Assembly (NCBI GenBank): GCA_963771175.1
Contig: CAVYSY010000052.1
Location: 96,001-160,000, forward strand
Direction: 5' to 3'
DNA: 64,000 nucleotides
Source: an uncultured delta proteobacterium
Lineage (GTDB): Bacteria > Myxococcota > Myxococcia > Myxococcales > Myxococcaceae
Position 1 is the first letter of the stretch. Each line of letters starts with the position of its first letter. Below the pieces are notes generated by a model. It was not told the DNA's origin and ran no database searches. It saw nothing but the letters and a program-made list of their open reading frames with translations. Both the position numbers and the translations under genes were made by a program. This document shows positions 14,294 to 22,802 of the stretch, in pieces.

Positions 14294-16162
14294 TCACGTC
14301 ATCCGCAGAGCGGTGACGTCCTGGCGGCGCACGACGGTCAGTCCGTTGCGAGTGAGGAAGAGGCGGCTGTCGGCGTCGACGAAGGGCTCGGTGTCGGGGA
14401 ACTCGCGGACGACGGCGAGCTGCCCCTGGCGCAGCTCCACCCGGACCAGGCCCGCGTCCGTGGCGGCGAAGAGCGCCTCCCCCGCGGCGCACTTGCCCCT
14501 CAGTGAGCCGAGCCACGAGCCGTCCCCGGCCTCCGTCTTCGCACTGGCCTTCACCGCGCCATCCGCGCCCACCACCACGCAGTGATGCACCGTGCGACCC
14601 CCCGTCTCCTCGGCGAGGAAGAGCCAGCAACTCGGCCCGTCGAACACGGCCTCCGCGTCCACCAGTCGGCCCGAGGGCCACGGCAGCGCCAGTCCATCCT
14701 TGAGTCCCGGGCGCTCGGCATCGAAGACGAAGGCCCCGCGCAGCGAGCCCGCGCGGTGGAAACCGAGCCCGAAGCGAGGGCCCACGAAGAGGCGCGTCTG
14801 TCCGGCGAGCACCTCGCCCATGCGCTCGGGGCCGAGAGTACCGTCCCGCCACAGCGCACCGGCGTGGGCCCAGTAGCGGTGGCGCGCGTTGGCGGCGAAG
14901 GCGGGGCGTTGGTCCGGAGCATCCACGCCGAGCCGCTCGGGGCGCTGGCCCGAGGCGAGCACGGCGAACTCCCCGCCCTTCCCCACCAGCGTGGTGGCGC
15001 CCTGGAGGTCCCAGTGCAGCGCGGGGTCCATCGCCCCCTGGAGCACGGCCGAGCCATCCTCGCGCCGGTACGCCCCATCCGAGTGGAAGAGCCAGCGCAG
15101 GGTGCCGTCCTCGACGCGGGCGTGGAGGATGACGCCCTCGGTGGTGAAGAGGCGGGTGGCCACCACCTGGCCGCGCACGGTGGTGACAGGCGTGGTGGTC
15201 ATCGTCGCGCTGGGGCGGCACGTGGGGCACGAGGCCCGCGCGTGCTCCACGCCGCACGAGGGGCACACGGAGAAGCGCAGCGAGTCCAGCAGCGGGAGCG
15301 GGAAGCCACCCCGGGCATCCTCGACGAACACCCGGTGCAGACAGTGCAGCAGGTCATCCGGCAGCACGCCGAAGGGCGTTGCGGGCTTGGGGTATTGGAC
15401 GTCCGGGTGGAAGACGGTGAGGCGCTGGAGGACGCGAGCGGTGGGCGTGGCCTTGGGCGAGGGAGGCGTGGGGCGGTGGATGCCGCCATAGGGCCCCACG
15501 CACAGGAGGCTCTGCATCAGCGCGACGGCGAAGGCATACCAGTCGCTATCCCGCGAGGCCGGGCGCGAGGGCATGAGGCCCTGGCTCGCTCCGCCCAGGC
15601 GCAGCGGGTCGAGGAACTTCTCGGTGAAGACGCTGGCGAGGTAGGGCCCGAACTGGAAGCTGTCCGCGTCGATGAGCCAGGCGTCGTTGCCGGTGACGAG
15701 GATGTTCAGGTCATTGAAGTCGCCCACCACCACCCCGCACGAGTGCAGCGCGGAGAGCGTACGGTGCAGGCCCCGGAAGAGCTCGGCGACGCGGGAGGAC
15801 GGCACACCGGCGCGGCGGAAGGCGGGCTCCCCGAAGCGGCGCAAGGGCTCGGCGCCTTCGAGCTTGCGCATGGCGTAGCCGAGCACCGTCTTCCCCTTCT
15901 TGTCGGTGGCGAGCGTCTGGGGCGAGACGACGCGCGCGGGCAGTGTCTTCGGGAAGGCGGGCAGCTTGAGCTGGTGCTCGGCGATGCGGGCGCGGGCCGC
16001 GGCCTGCTCGTCGGGGAGGTTGCCGTAGTCGGGGTGCTCGGGGGGCTTGAAGAGCTTGAGGACCCGCCCGTCGCCGAGGTCGAAGACGTCGGCCTCGCCG
16101 CCCTTGCCGAGCGCCTGGGTGGGGTCCACCCGGAGCTTCTTCCCTTCGAGATAGACGTCCAT
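14294..16162 (-). CDS. YegI/TerY-P-type Ser/Thr kinase with CxxC..CxxC Zn ribbon and beta-rich C-terminal domain
   Basis: LGKGGEADVF, VLKLF, VVGDFNDLNILV, LIDADS, SDWYAFAV, CPSCGVEHARASCPTC; 622 aa, starts 4 nt after the phosphatase stop. Confidence 0.82.
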   Translation of the reverse strand: MDVYLEGKKLRVDPTQALGKGGEADVFDLGDGRVLKLFKPPEHPDYGNLPDEQAAARARIAEHQLKLPAFPKTLPARVVSPQTLATDKKGKTVLGYAMRKLEGAEPLRRFGEPAFRRAGVPSSRVAELFRGLHRTLSALHSCGVVVGDFNDLNILVTGNDAWLIDADSFQFGPYLASVFTEKFLDPLRLGGASQGLMPSRPASRDSDWYAFAVALMQSLLCVGPYGGIHRPTPPSPKATPTARVLQRLTVFHPDVQYPKPATPFGVLPDDLLHCLHRVFVEDARGGFPLPLLDSLRFSVCPSCGVEHARASCPTCRPSATMTTTPVTTVRGQVVATRLFTTEGVILHARVEDGTLRWLFHSDGAYRREDGSAVLQGAMDPALHWDLQGATTLVGKGGEFAVLASGQRPERLGVDAPDQRPAFAANARHRYWAHAGALWRDGTLGPERMGEVLAGQTRLFVGPRFGLGFHRAGSLRGAFVFDAERPGLKDGLALPWPSGRLVDAEAVFDGPSCWLFLAEETGGRTVHHCVVVGADGAVKASAKTEAGDGSWLGSLRGKCAAGEALFAATDAGLVRVELRQGQLAVVREFPDTEPFVDADSRLFLTRNGLTVVRRQDVTALRMT

Positions 16163-16166
16163 GGTG

Positions 16167-16973
16167 TCAGGCCCTCCCCTGCCGACGGCGGAGGACGACG
16201 AGGGTGGTGTCGTCGGAGAGCAGCCCGGGCACGCGCTCGAGGCGCCGGGCCAGGAAGTCGGCGCGGACGGCCTCGCGGTTGAGGAGCGAGAGGCGGCGGC
16301 GCAGCACGTCCGGGTTGCGGAAGTAGCGGTCGTCGGACCAGAACTGGGAGAGCGGGCCCACGGGCTCGTTACTCTCGGGGACACGGGCCTCGGCGAGCCC
16401 CGCGAGGTCCGCGGCCCCATCCGTGCCGAGCAGCAGCGAGTCCACCTCGGCGGTGGGCCGGAGGGCGTTGGTCTTCAGGGCGACGGCGCCCGGCTTCAGC
16501 AGCCCATAGGAGAGGTAGGGCGGCGCGTTCCCGGGGAAGGGCCCGAGCCGCTGGACGTCGCCATTGAGGGCCCAGAGCCCATCCCCCGCCGAGAAGACGA
16601 GGCAGTGCTCCGGGGTGACGACCGCGCCGACGATGGTGAAGAGGAGCGCCTCGCCGATGGCCCGCTCGCCCAGCTCCCCGGAGATGGCCTGCAGGAAGCA
16701 GAGCACGTCCGCGCCCAGGCGCTGGAGGAACTCGGGCGAGTCGACGGGCACTCCCTGGCCCAGCAGGGAGAGCGAGCCCTCCACGACGCGCCGGGCCCCG
16801 AGCTGCGCGCCCAGCTCGCTCTGGGCGCCACTGCCGCACCCGTCCGTGACGACGGCGGCCAGGCCGTGCTCGGTGGCACGAGCCCAGAAGGCATCCTGGT
16901 TGTTGCGTCCGGCACGGGCGTGCTCCCGGCCCAGGACGGTGGCGGCGGCGAGCTCGAAGGGCAGCGAGGACAT
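16167..16973 (-). CDS. PP2C-family protein phosphatase (YegK/PphC-like)
   Basis: GREH..NNQDA, VVTDGCGS, GDG, LGTDG, SDDTTLVVL motifs; GAGGAG RBS. Confidence 0.87.
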   Translation of the reverse strand: MSSLPFELAAATVLGREHARAGRNNQDAFWARATEHGLAAVVTDGCGSGAQSELGAQLGARRVVEGSLSLLGQGVPVDSPEFLQRLGADVLCFLQAISGELGERAIGEALLFTIVGAVVTPEHCLVFSAGDGLWALNGDVQRLGPFPGNAPPYLSYGLLKPGAVALKTNALRPTAEVDSLLLGTDGAADLAGLAEARVPESNEPVGPLSQFWSDDRYFRNPDVLRRRLSLLNREAVRADFLARRLERVPGLLSDDTTLVVLRRRQGRA

Positions 16974-17001
16974 GGCTCTCCTCTCGGGTGGCCCTGCATA
17001 C

Positions 17002-17049
17002 TTCGTGTCTACAGGACACAGGCTTAGTGTCCAAAAAACACAAAGTCAA
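17002..17049 (-). promoter_or_regulatory. Sigma70-type promoter overlapped by two NrtR-type boxes
   Basis: Boxes TTCGTGTCTACAGGACACAGG (17002-17022) and TTAGTGTCCAAAAAACACAAA (17024-17044); -35 TTGACT (17049-17044), weak -10 TAAGCC at 17-bp spacing. Confidence 0.72.
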
Positions 17050-17090
17050 GCCGGGCGCCAGCCGTGCCTCGCCGACCGTCGGGTCGGGGA

Positions 17091-17780
17091 CTACAGCTCG
17101 AAGTTGAAGCCGGCCTTCTCGAGCTGCTTGTACTTCTTGTGGTCGAACCGGTAGAGGCGCGCGGCGCGGTGGGAGACGTCCTGCTCCACCTCGTCCAGCT
17201 CCTCGAGCAGGTCCATGGAGAGGATCTTCTTGCGGAAGTTCCGCTTGTCGAGCTCGCGCTCGAGGAGCTTCTCGTAGAGGCGCTGGAGCTGGGTGAGGGT
17301 GAACTTGGGGGGGAGCAGCTCGAAGCCGATGGGCTGGTAGCGGACCTTGCCCTTGAGCCGCTGGAGGGCGGTGGCGAGGATGTCCGCGTGGTCGAAGGCC
17401 AGCTTGGGAGTGTCCCAGACGGAGAACCAGGCGGCCTCCTTCGCATCGGTGGCGGCCTGGACGCGGTGGTCCGTCAGCTTCACCAGGGCGAAGTAGGCCA
17501 CGGTGATGACGCGGCCGCGAGGGTCTCGCCCCGGGTCGCCGAAGGTGTAGAGCTGCTCCAGGAGGTTGGGGCGGACGCCGGCCTCCTCCTGGAGCTCGCG
17601 GCGCGCGGCGTCTTCCAGTGACTCGTCCATGCGCACGAAGCCGCCGGGCAAGGCCCACCGGCCCTGGAAGGGCTCCACGCCGCGCTTGATGAGCAGCACC
17701 TTCAGGTCCTCTTCATCCAGACCGAACACCACACAGTCCACCGTCAACGCGGGACGCGGGTACTCGTAGGTGTAGCTCAC
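17091..17780 (-). CDS. nrtR: NrtR-family regulator (Nudix + winged HTH)
   Basis: [20 protein letters not shown], intact Nudix box [63 protein letters not shown] start chosen by family length. Confidence 0.9.
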   Translation of the reverse strand: MSYTYEYPRPALTVDCVVFGLDEEDLKVLLIKRGVEPFQGRWALPGGFVRMDESLEDAARRELQEEAGVRPNLLEQLYTFGDPGRDPRGRVITVAYFALVKLTDHRVQAATDAKEAAWFSVWDTPKLAFDHADILATALQRLKGKVRYQPIGFELLPPKFTLTQLQRLYEKLLERELDKRNFRKKILSMDLLEELDEVEQDVSHRAARLYRFDHKKYKQLEKAGFNFEL

Positions 17781-17813
17781 GGGAGGGACCTTTCGTGTTG
17801 TCGTTCCAGAGCC

Positions 17814-17842
17814 CACATAGTGTCAGGAAGACACGAAATCAA
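17814..17842 (-). promoter_or_regulatory. nrtR promoter with autoregulatory NrtR-type box
   Basis: Box ATAGTGTCAGGAAGACACGAA (17817-17837) between -35 TTGATT (17842-17837) and -10 TATGTG (17819-17814). Confidence 0.7.
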
Positions 17843-18861
17843 GCCTTCCGGGCACGGCGGAAGGACTCGGGGCTCATGCCCCACCAGCGCTTGAAGGCGC
17901 GATGGAAGGTGGCGGGCTCGCCGTAGCCCAGCAGGAAGGAGACCTCCGCGATGGACATCCGGCGCCGCAGGTAGTCCTCGGACAGCTCGCGGCGCACGGC
18001 CTCCAGGATGCCCGCGTAGCTCTGCCCCTCCTCGGCGAGATGCCGCTGCAGCGTGCGCTGGCTCAGGTGCAGCGCCCGCGCCACCGCCTGGAAGGAGAAG
18101 TCCCCTCCCGGCAGCGTGCGCCGCACCTGCTGCCGCACCCGCTCGGCCATGCTGGCGGCCACCGGCAGCTTCGCGAGCGCGCGCTGTGCCTGCTGCTCGA
18201 ACATGGCGCTCAACAGCGCATCCGCGTGGGCGAAGGGCCGCTCCGCGTCCTCCGTGGAGAACTCGATGTCGCTGTGGGGCGCGCCGAAGACGAGCGGGCA
18301 GCCGAAGAGGGCCTCGTGCGCTCGGGTGTCCGAGGGCGCGGGGTGAACGAAGCGCACCTGGAGCGGCTTCACGTCCGCCCCGGTCAGGAAGCGCGTCCCC
18401 TGGGCGAGCTGGGCGAGGGCGAGCTCCACATGGTGCCGGTGGGCCGGCCGCCAGGGGCCCACGGGAGTGAAGCGCATGCGCACCCCGTGCTCCGTCTCCT
18501 CCACCCGAAAGCGCTCGCCGTCGCCCCAGACGCGCTGGTAGCGGCACCCGCGCACCAGGGACTCCTTCAGGTTCGCGCTCGTGAGGATGACGAGTGAGGC
18601 GGCATCGTCCGGATCCACCACGGCCATGCGCGCCAGGTGCAGGCCCAGGTTGTCGTCCCCCGTCACCTGCACCGCCCGCTCCACGAGGGAGTCCAGCACG
18701 CGGTAGGGGATGCGCAGCTCGGGGTCGTCGAGGTCCCCCAGGCGCAGGCCCACCTCGCGGCAGAGCTCCTCGACGGGCAGGCCGTGCTCGGCCGCGATAT
18801 TCAGCGCCTGACGGGCCAGCCGGGCGGAGAGGGCCGCGGACTGAGGAGGAGAGGACGGCAT
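17839..18861 (-). CDS. AraC-family transcriptional regulator
   Basis: 340 aa; C-terminal LHLSQRTLQRHL...IAEVSFLLGYGEPATFHRAFKRWWG. Confidence 0.92.
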   Translation of the reverse strand: MPSSPPQSAALSARLARQALNIAAEHGLPVEELCREVGLRLGDLDDPELRIPYRVLDSLVERAVQVTGDDNLGLHLARMAVVDPDDAASLVILTSANLKESLVRGCRYQRVWGDGERFRVEETEHGVRMRFTPVGPWRPAHRHHVELALAQLAQGTRFLTGADVKPLQVRFVHPAPSDTRAHEALFGCPLVFGAPHSDIEFSTEDAERPFAHADALLSAMFEQQAQRALAKLPVAASMAERVRQQVRRTLPGGDFSFQAVARALHLSQRTLQRHLAEEGQSYAGILEAVRRELSEDYLRRRMSIAEVSFLLGYGEPATFHRAFKRWWGMSPESFRRARKA

Positions 18862-18986
18862 CGCCAGCGAGGACGCTAGCGGCCGGCTGGCGCCCCCGGC
18901 AAGCCGTTCTGGCGCCAGCGGTCAGTGCGCGATGGCGGGCCGGGTGGCACCTTCTGGCCATGACCGAGTCCTCCCAGGAGGCCACC

Positions 18987-19796
18987 ATGAGCGAGAATGC
19001 CGTCGCGATGACCCTGCTCCCCCGCCTGCACCTCTTCGAGCTGATCGACCAAGGCTGGTACCCGCGCGCCCTGAGGGACCTCGGCACGGACTACCTCGAG
19101 ACCATCAGCACCCGGATGGGCATGTTCGACGGCGCGGCGGACGTGCTCGCCCGGGCGGTGCGGGCGTCGGAGAACCAGCAACTGCTCGACCTATGCTCGG
19201 GCGGCGGGGGCCCCCTGCCCCAACTGCGCGGACTGCTGGAGTCCCAGCACGGGCTGAAGTCCCACGTGGTGCACACCGACCTGTACCCCAACGCCCGGGC
19301 GGCGGAGCGGGCCCGCGCGCAGGGAGTCGACTACCTGGAGCGGCCGGTGGACGCGCTGCGGGTGCCGGCGGATCTCCGGGGCGCGCGCACCCTCTTCAAC
19401 GCCCTGCACCACTTCCGCCCCGAGCAGGTGCGCGAGATGCTCGCGGATGCCCAGGCGAAGGGCGTCCCCTTCGCCGCCTTCGAGGTGGTGGAGCGCACGC
19501 CGAAGGGCCTCCTCGGCACGGTGTTGATACCGCTGCTGGTGCTGCTCTTCACCCCGCTCGTCCGGCCGCTGACGCCGCTGCGTCTGCTGCTCACCTACGT
19601 GCTGCCGGTGGCGCCCCTCACCATCACCTGGGACGGACTGGTGTCCACGCTCCGGGCGCATCGCCCCGAGGAGCTGCGCGCCCTGACGACCTCCCTCGCC
19701 CGCGAGGGCTACACCTGGGAGGTGGGCCAGGTGCACCAGGGCGGCAAGGGCACCCTCACCTACGTGCTCGGACTGCCCGAGCGCCCCGCCCGCTGA
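18987..19796 (+). CDS. Class I SAM-dependent methyltransferase-like protein
   Basis: LLDLCSGGGGP motif I, FNALHHF; AGGAGG RBS; divergent from the AraC gene. Confidence 0.7.
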   Translation: MSENAVAMTLLPRLHLFELIDQGWYPRALRDLGTDYLETISTRMGMFDGAADVLARAVRASENQQLLDLCSGGGGPLPQLRGLLESQHGLKSHVVHTDLYPNARAAERARAQGVDYLERPVDALRVPADLRGARTLFNALHHFRPEQVREMLADAQAKGVPFAAFEVVERTPKGLLGTVLIPLLVLLFTPLVRPLTPLRLLLTYVLPVAPLTITWDGLVSTLRAHRPEELRALTTSLAREGYTWEVGQVHQGGKGTLTYVLGLPERPAR

Positions 19797-19806
19797 GGCG
19801 CGCGCC

Positions 19807-20814
19807 TCACGCGAAGATGCGCCCGAGCTGCCGCCAGTCCACGAGCTGCACGGACTCCTGGGCCAGCTCGAACTCGATGGAGCGCCGCATGCCCATGGCA
19901 TCGCCGGCCAGCTGGAAGGGCACCTCGCGGTCGAAGTCCATGCGCACGCGCTCGACGAAGAAGTCGTGCATCTTCGGCAGCGGGTGGTGGCCGCGCCACA
20001 GCTTGAACATGTTGCGCGTGGCCTCCAGCACGCCGGCGCCGTAGACGCGCACCGAGAGCCGGCCGGGCACCGCCTGGGCGAAGGGGAAGGCCTTGAAGCC
20101 GAAGCCCCACTCGGGCGTGGTGGCCGCCCCGGCGACTCCGGCGGGGCCCTCGTAGAGGAGCGCGCCGGGGCCCCCGTGCGGCACGGGCAGGAGGGAGCCG
20201 CGCGCGTCGATGGTCAGCGCCTGCCCCCCGAGGTTGTACACCTTCACCTGCGGGTTGCCGGAGCCGAACATGTGCCGGGGGACGGCGCCGGTGAACAGGG
20301 CGCCCAGGTACCCGCGCAGGCCGGCGTTCGCCTCGCGCAGGGGTCCGGGCGGGAACCGGGCGAGGTAGTTCTTGAAGTCTTGAATCGTCTCCGCGTCCCA
20401 GCCGGTGCCAGCGAAGGGAGCCACCCGGTTCTCCACCCGCACGAGGGAGAAGGGGCGCAGGGGCGGCAGGCGCTCACCGCAGGCGGCGATCTGCCGCAGG
20501 GCTTCCGAGGGCTTCGGTGCCCCGGTGACGCGCGCCCAGGCATTTCCCGTGCCCAGCGGCAGCACCCCGATGGCGGGCAGGGACAGCCCCTGCTCGCGCA
20601 GCTCGTTGAGCAGCCCGGTGATGGTGCCATCCCCTCCGCCGGCCAGCAGCAGCGTGGGGGGATTGGGTCGGAGCTGCTCGGTAATCCAGGTCCGCGCCTC
20701 CTCCAGGGAGCGAGTGAGGGCCAGGCGGGCCCGGGGGAAGGAGCGCTGCACCATGCCGCCGATCCTCTCGGAGCCGCGGCGTGCACGCAGGTTGACCATC
20801 ACGGCGATGTTCAT
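19807..20814 (-). CDS. Diacylglycerol/lipid kinase family protein
   Basis: VMVN, AGGGDGT, LPLGTGN, FAGTGWDA, FQLAGD. Confidence 0.88.
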   Translation of the reverse strand: MNIAVMVNLRARRGSERIGGMVQRSFPRARLALTRSLEEARTWITEQLRPNPPTLLLAGGGDGTITGLLNELREQGLSLPAIGVLPLGTGNAWARVTGAPKPSEALRQIAACGERLPPLRPFSLVRVENRVAPFAGTGWDAETIQDFKNYLARFPPGPLREANAGLRGYLGALFTGAVPRHMFGSGNPQVKVYNLGGQALTIDARGSLLPVPHGGPGALLYEGPAGVAGAATTPEWGFGFKAFPFAQAVPGRLSVRVYGAGVLEATRNMFKLWRGHHPLPKMHDFFVERVRMDFDREVPFQLAGDAMGMRRSIEFELAQESVQLVDWRQLGRIFA

Positions 20815-21275
20815 GGCGGTTGCACTCTCCACGAGCCATGTCACGGCTTTGTCATGGCGCCGGCCCCTGGGCGTCACGTTCCGGTGGCGGACACATGAGG
20901 TGAGCCCCTCCTCACCATCCGACGTGAGCGGTGATCGCTCCTCCCGTTGGCCAAGATGAGGATGACGCACGGCGGCGCACGGGCGGCACGAGTCGGTCCC
21001 CCGCTGGGCGGGCGGGCGGGTGACCGGAGAGGCCGGGACCCGGGACGGGGCGTCCATGAGCGGGACGGAGCCCCCCGAGCCGAGGCGACGGCGGCGGAGC
21101 GGTGGGGGAGGAAGGCACCGTGATGGGTAGGGAGCCGAGCACCCGCCCAAGGCCCTGAAAAGAGGCGCCTTTTCAAGCCCGGTGGATGGGTTGTGGGCAG
21201 GGCGCGGCGGCTGGTATCTCCGGGGACGCGCGCCCGGCCACCGACGGAACGGCACGTGCAATCCCGCCCCACATC

Positions 21276-22778
21276 ATGAACCTCTCCAAACTCTTCTCTT
21301 CAATCGTGGTGGTGTCCGCCCTCGCGCTGGGAAGCGCGGCGGGAGCATCTCCGCGCCGCGTGGTGGTCTCCAGCGGTGACTGCAAGGACGCCGAGCTCAG
21401 CGCCCAGACCAAGGCCTTCTACGGCGCGCTGGTGGGCCGTCCGGGGGAGAACGTCCTCACCGCGGCGGACTTCTCCGAGCGACTCTTCCCGCAGCCCTCC
21501 GGCAGCTTCGAGGACATCCAGCGGCAGCTCGAGGCCGCCCAGAGCCAGTTCTACGAGGCGCGCTACGCCAAGGCAGCGCAGGCCATCGTCGAGGTGCTGC
21601 GGCAGGTGGCGCGCCTCCCGGTGGGTGAGGCCCGCTGGAAGCTGTACGTGGACACCCAGCTCCTCCAGGCCCTGAACCACCGCGCCCAGAACAAGGTGAA
21701 GGAGAGCGACGACGCCTTCCGCAACGTGCTGCGGCTGGATGCGCAGTACAAGCTCGACCCCGACCTCTTCACGCCCTCCACGCGCCAGGCCTTCGAGAAG
21801 CTGCGCAAGGAGCTGGCCCGGGGCAAGAAGGTGAAGCTCTCGGTGAAGTCCACCCTGCCCGCCTCCGGGGTCTTCCTCGACGGCCGGAGCATGGGGCAGA
21901 CCCCGCTCGCGCTGGAGGTGCCCGCTGGTACCTACGAGCTCACCCTCGAGAACGGTGACGCCGTCAGCTTCCCCCGCCAGCTTCCGGTACAGGGCGAGGA
22001 GACGCCGGTGCTCGTGGACCTGGCGTACGAGGGCGCCATCGTGGCCACGCCCTTCCCCTGTCTCGCGTCCAGCGGGGACGGGGACAAGGAGCTCTCCCAC
22101 GCCATCCGCCTGGGCGGCACCCTGGGCGTGGAGGAGGTCATCGTGGTGAAGCTGGAGCGGGCGAGCAGCGGGCCGAAGTGGCTCGCCGCCACCGTGCTCA
22201 ACGTGGAGGGCGGCCAGAAGCTGCGCGAGGGCGGTTTCAAGACCCAGGGTCTCGACGCCCCCACCGAGTCCCTCACCGCGCTCGTCGACTTCGTCACCAC
22301 CGGCAAGACCCAGCCCAGCCTCGTGGTCCTCAATGCCAACACCGAGGCCCCCTGGGACAAGCCCAACTCCGCGCGCACCGCGCTCGTCCCGGACGGCGCG
22401 AAGGCCTCTTCGGAGGTGACGGCGAAGTCCGGCTCCGTCCGGCCCCTGCGCACCACCTCCTATATGGTGCTGGGCGCGGGCGTGGCCGCCGCCGCCGGAG
22501 CGGGCGTCGTGCGGCTCGCCGCGCAGTCGGACTACACCGAGCTCCAGAAGCACCTCAACGCCAACGGGAAGCTCGACGCCAATGACGCCACCGGCAGGGA
22601 GCTGCTCGGAAAGCTGGCCCTGAAGGGCAACCTCATCACGGGCCTGCTCATCGGCTCGGGCGCGGCGCTCGCCACCGGCACCGTGCTCTACTTCCTCTCG
22701 CCGACGCCCCCGCCCGTGTCGGTGGGCGTCACCGCCGGCCCGGACGGGGCGGGCGCCTCGCTGTCGGGTACGTTCTGA
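21276..22778 (+). CDS. Secreted/membrane PEGA-domain protein
   Basis: Signal peptide; LSVKSTLPASGVFLDGRSMGQTPL..VPAGTYEL PEGA motif; C-terminal hydrophobic helices and terminal GTF. Confidence 0.78.
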   Translation: MNLSKLFSSIVVVSALALGSAAGASPRRVVVSSGDCKDAELSAQTKAFYGALVGRPGENVLTAADFSERLFPQPSGSFEDIQRQLEAAQSQFYEARYAKAAQAIVEVLRQVARLPVGEARWKLYVDTQLLQALNHRAQNKVKESDDAFRNVLRLDAQYKLDPDLFTPSTRQAFEKLRKELARGKKVKLSVKSTLPASGVFLDGRSMGQTPLALEVPAGTYELTLENGDAVSFPRQLPVQGEETPVLVDLAYEGAIVATPFPCLASSGDGDKELSHAIRLGGTLGVEEVIVVKLERASSGPKWLAATVLNVEGGQKLREGGFKTQGLDAPTESLTALVDFVTTGKTQPSLVVLNANTEAPWDKPNSARTALVPDGAKASSEVTAKSGSVRPLRTTSYMVLGAGVAAAAGAGVVRLAAQSDYTELQKHLNANGKLDANDATGRELLGKLALKGNLITGLLIGSGAALATGTVLYFLSPTPPPVSVGVTAGPDGAGASLSGTF

Positions 22779-22802
22779 ACGGGTCTCGGGTACGTTCCGC
22801 CC

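Noticed and set aside
17792..17812. Sixth NrtR box (TTCGTGTTGTCGTTCCAGAGC)
   Set aside because: Only the left half matches; it lacks AC at the GT-N7-AC position and breaks the 22-bp spacing.
17839..19796. AraC and methyltransferase genes as part of the NrtR system
   Set aside because: They form their own divergent pair with no NrtR box, and nrtR has its own promoter at the AraC stop.
22764..22797. 12-bp direct repeat TCGGGTACGTTC around the PEGA gene stop
   Set aside because: Only 10 nt apart with no mobile element; probably a local duplication.
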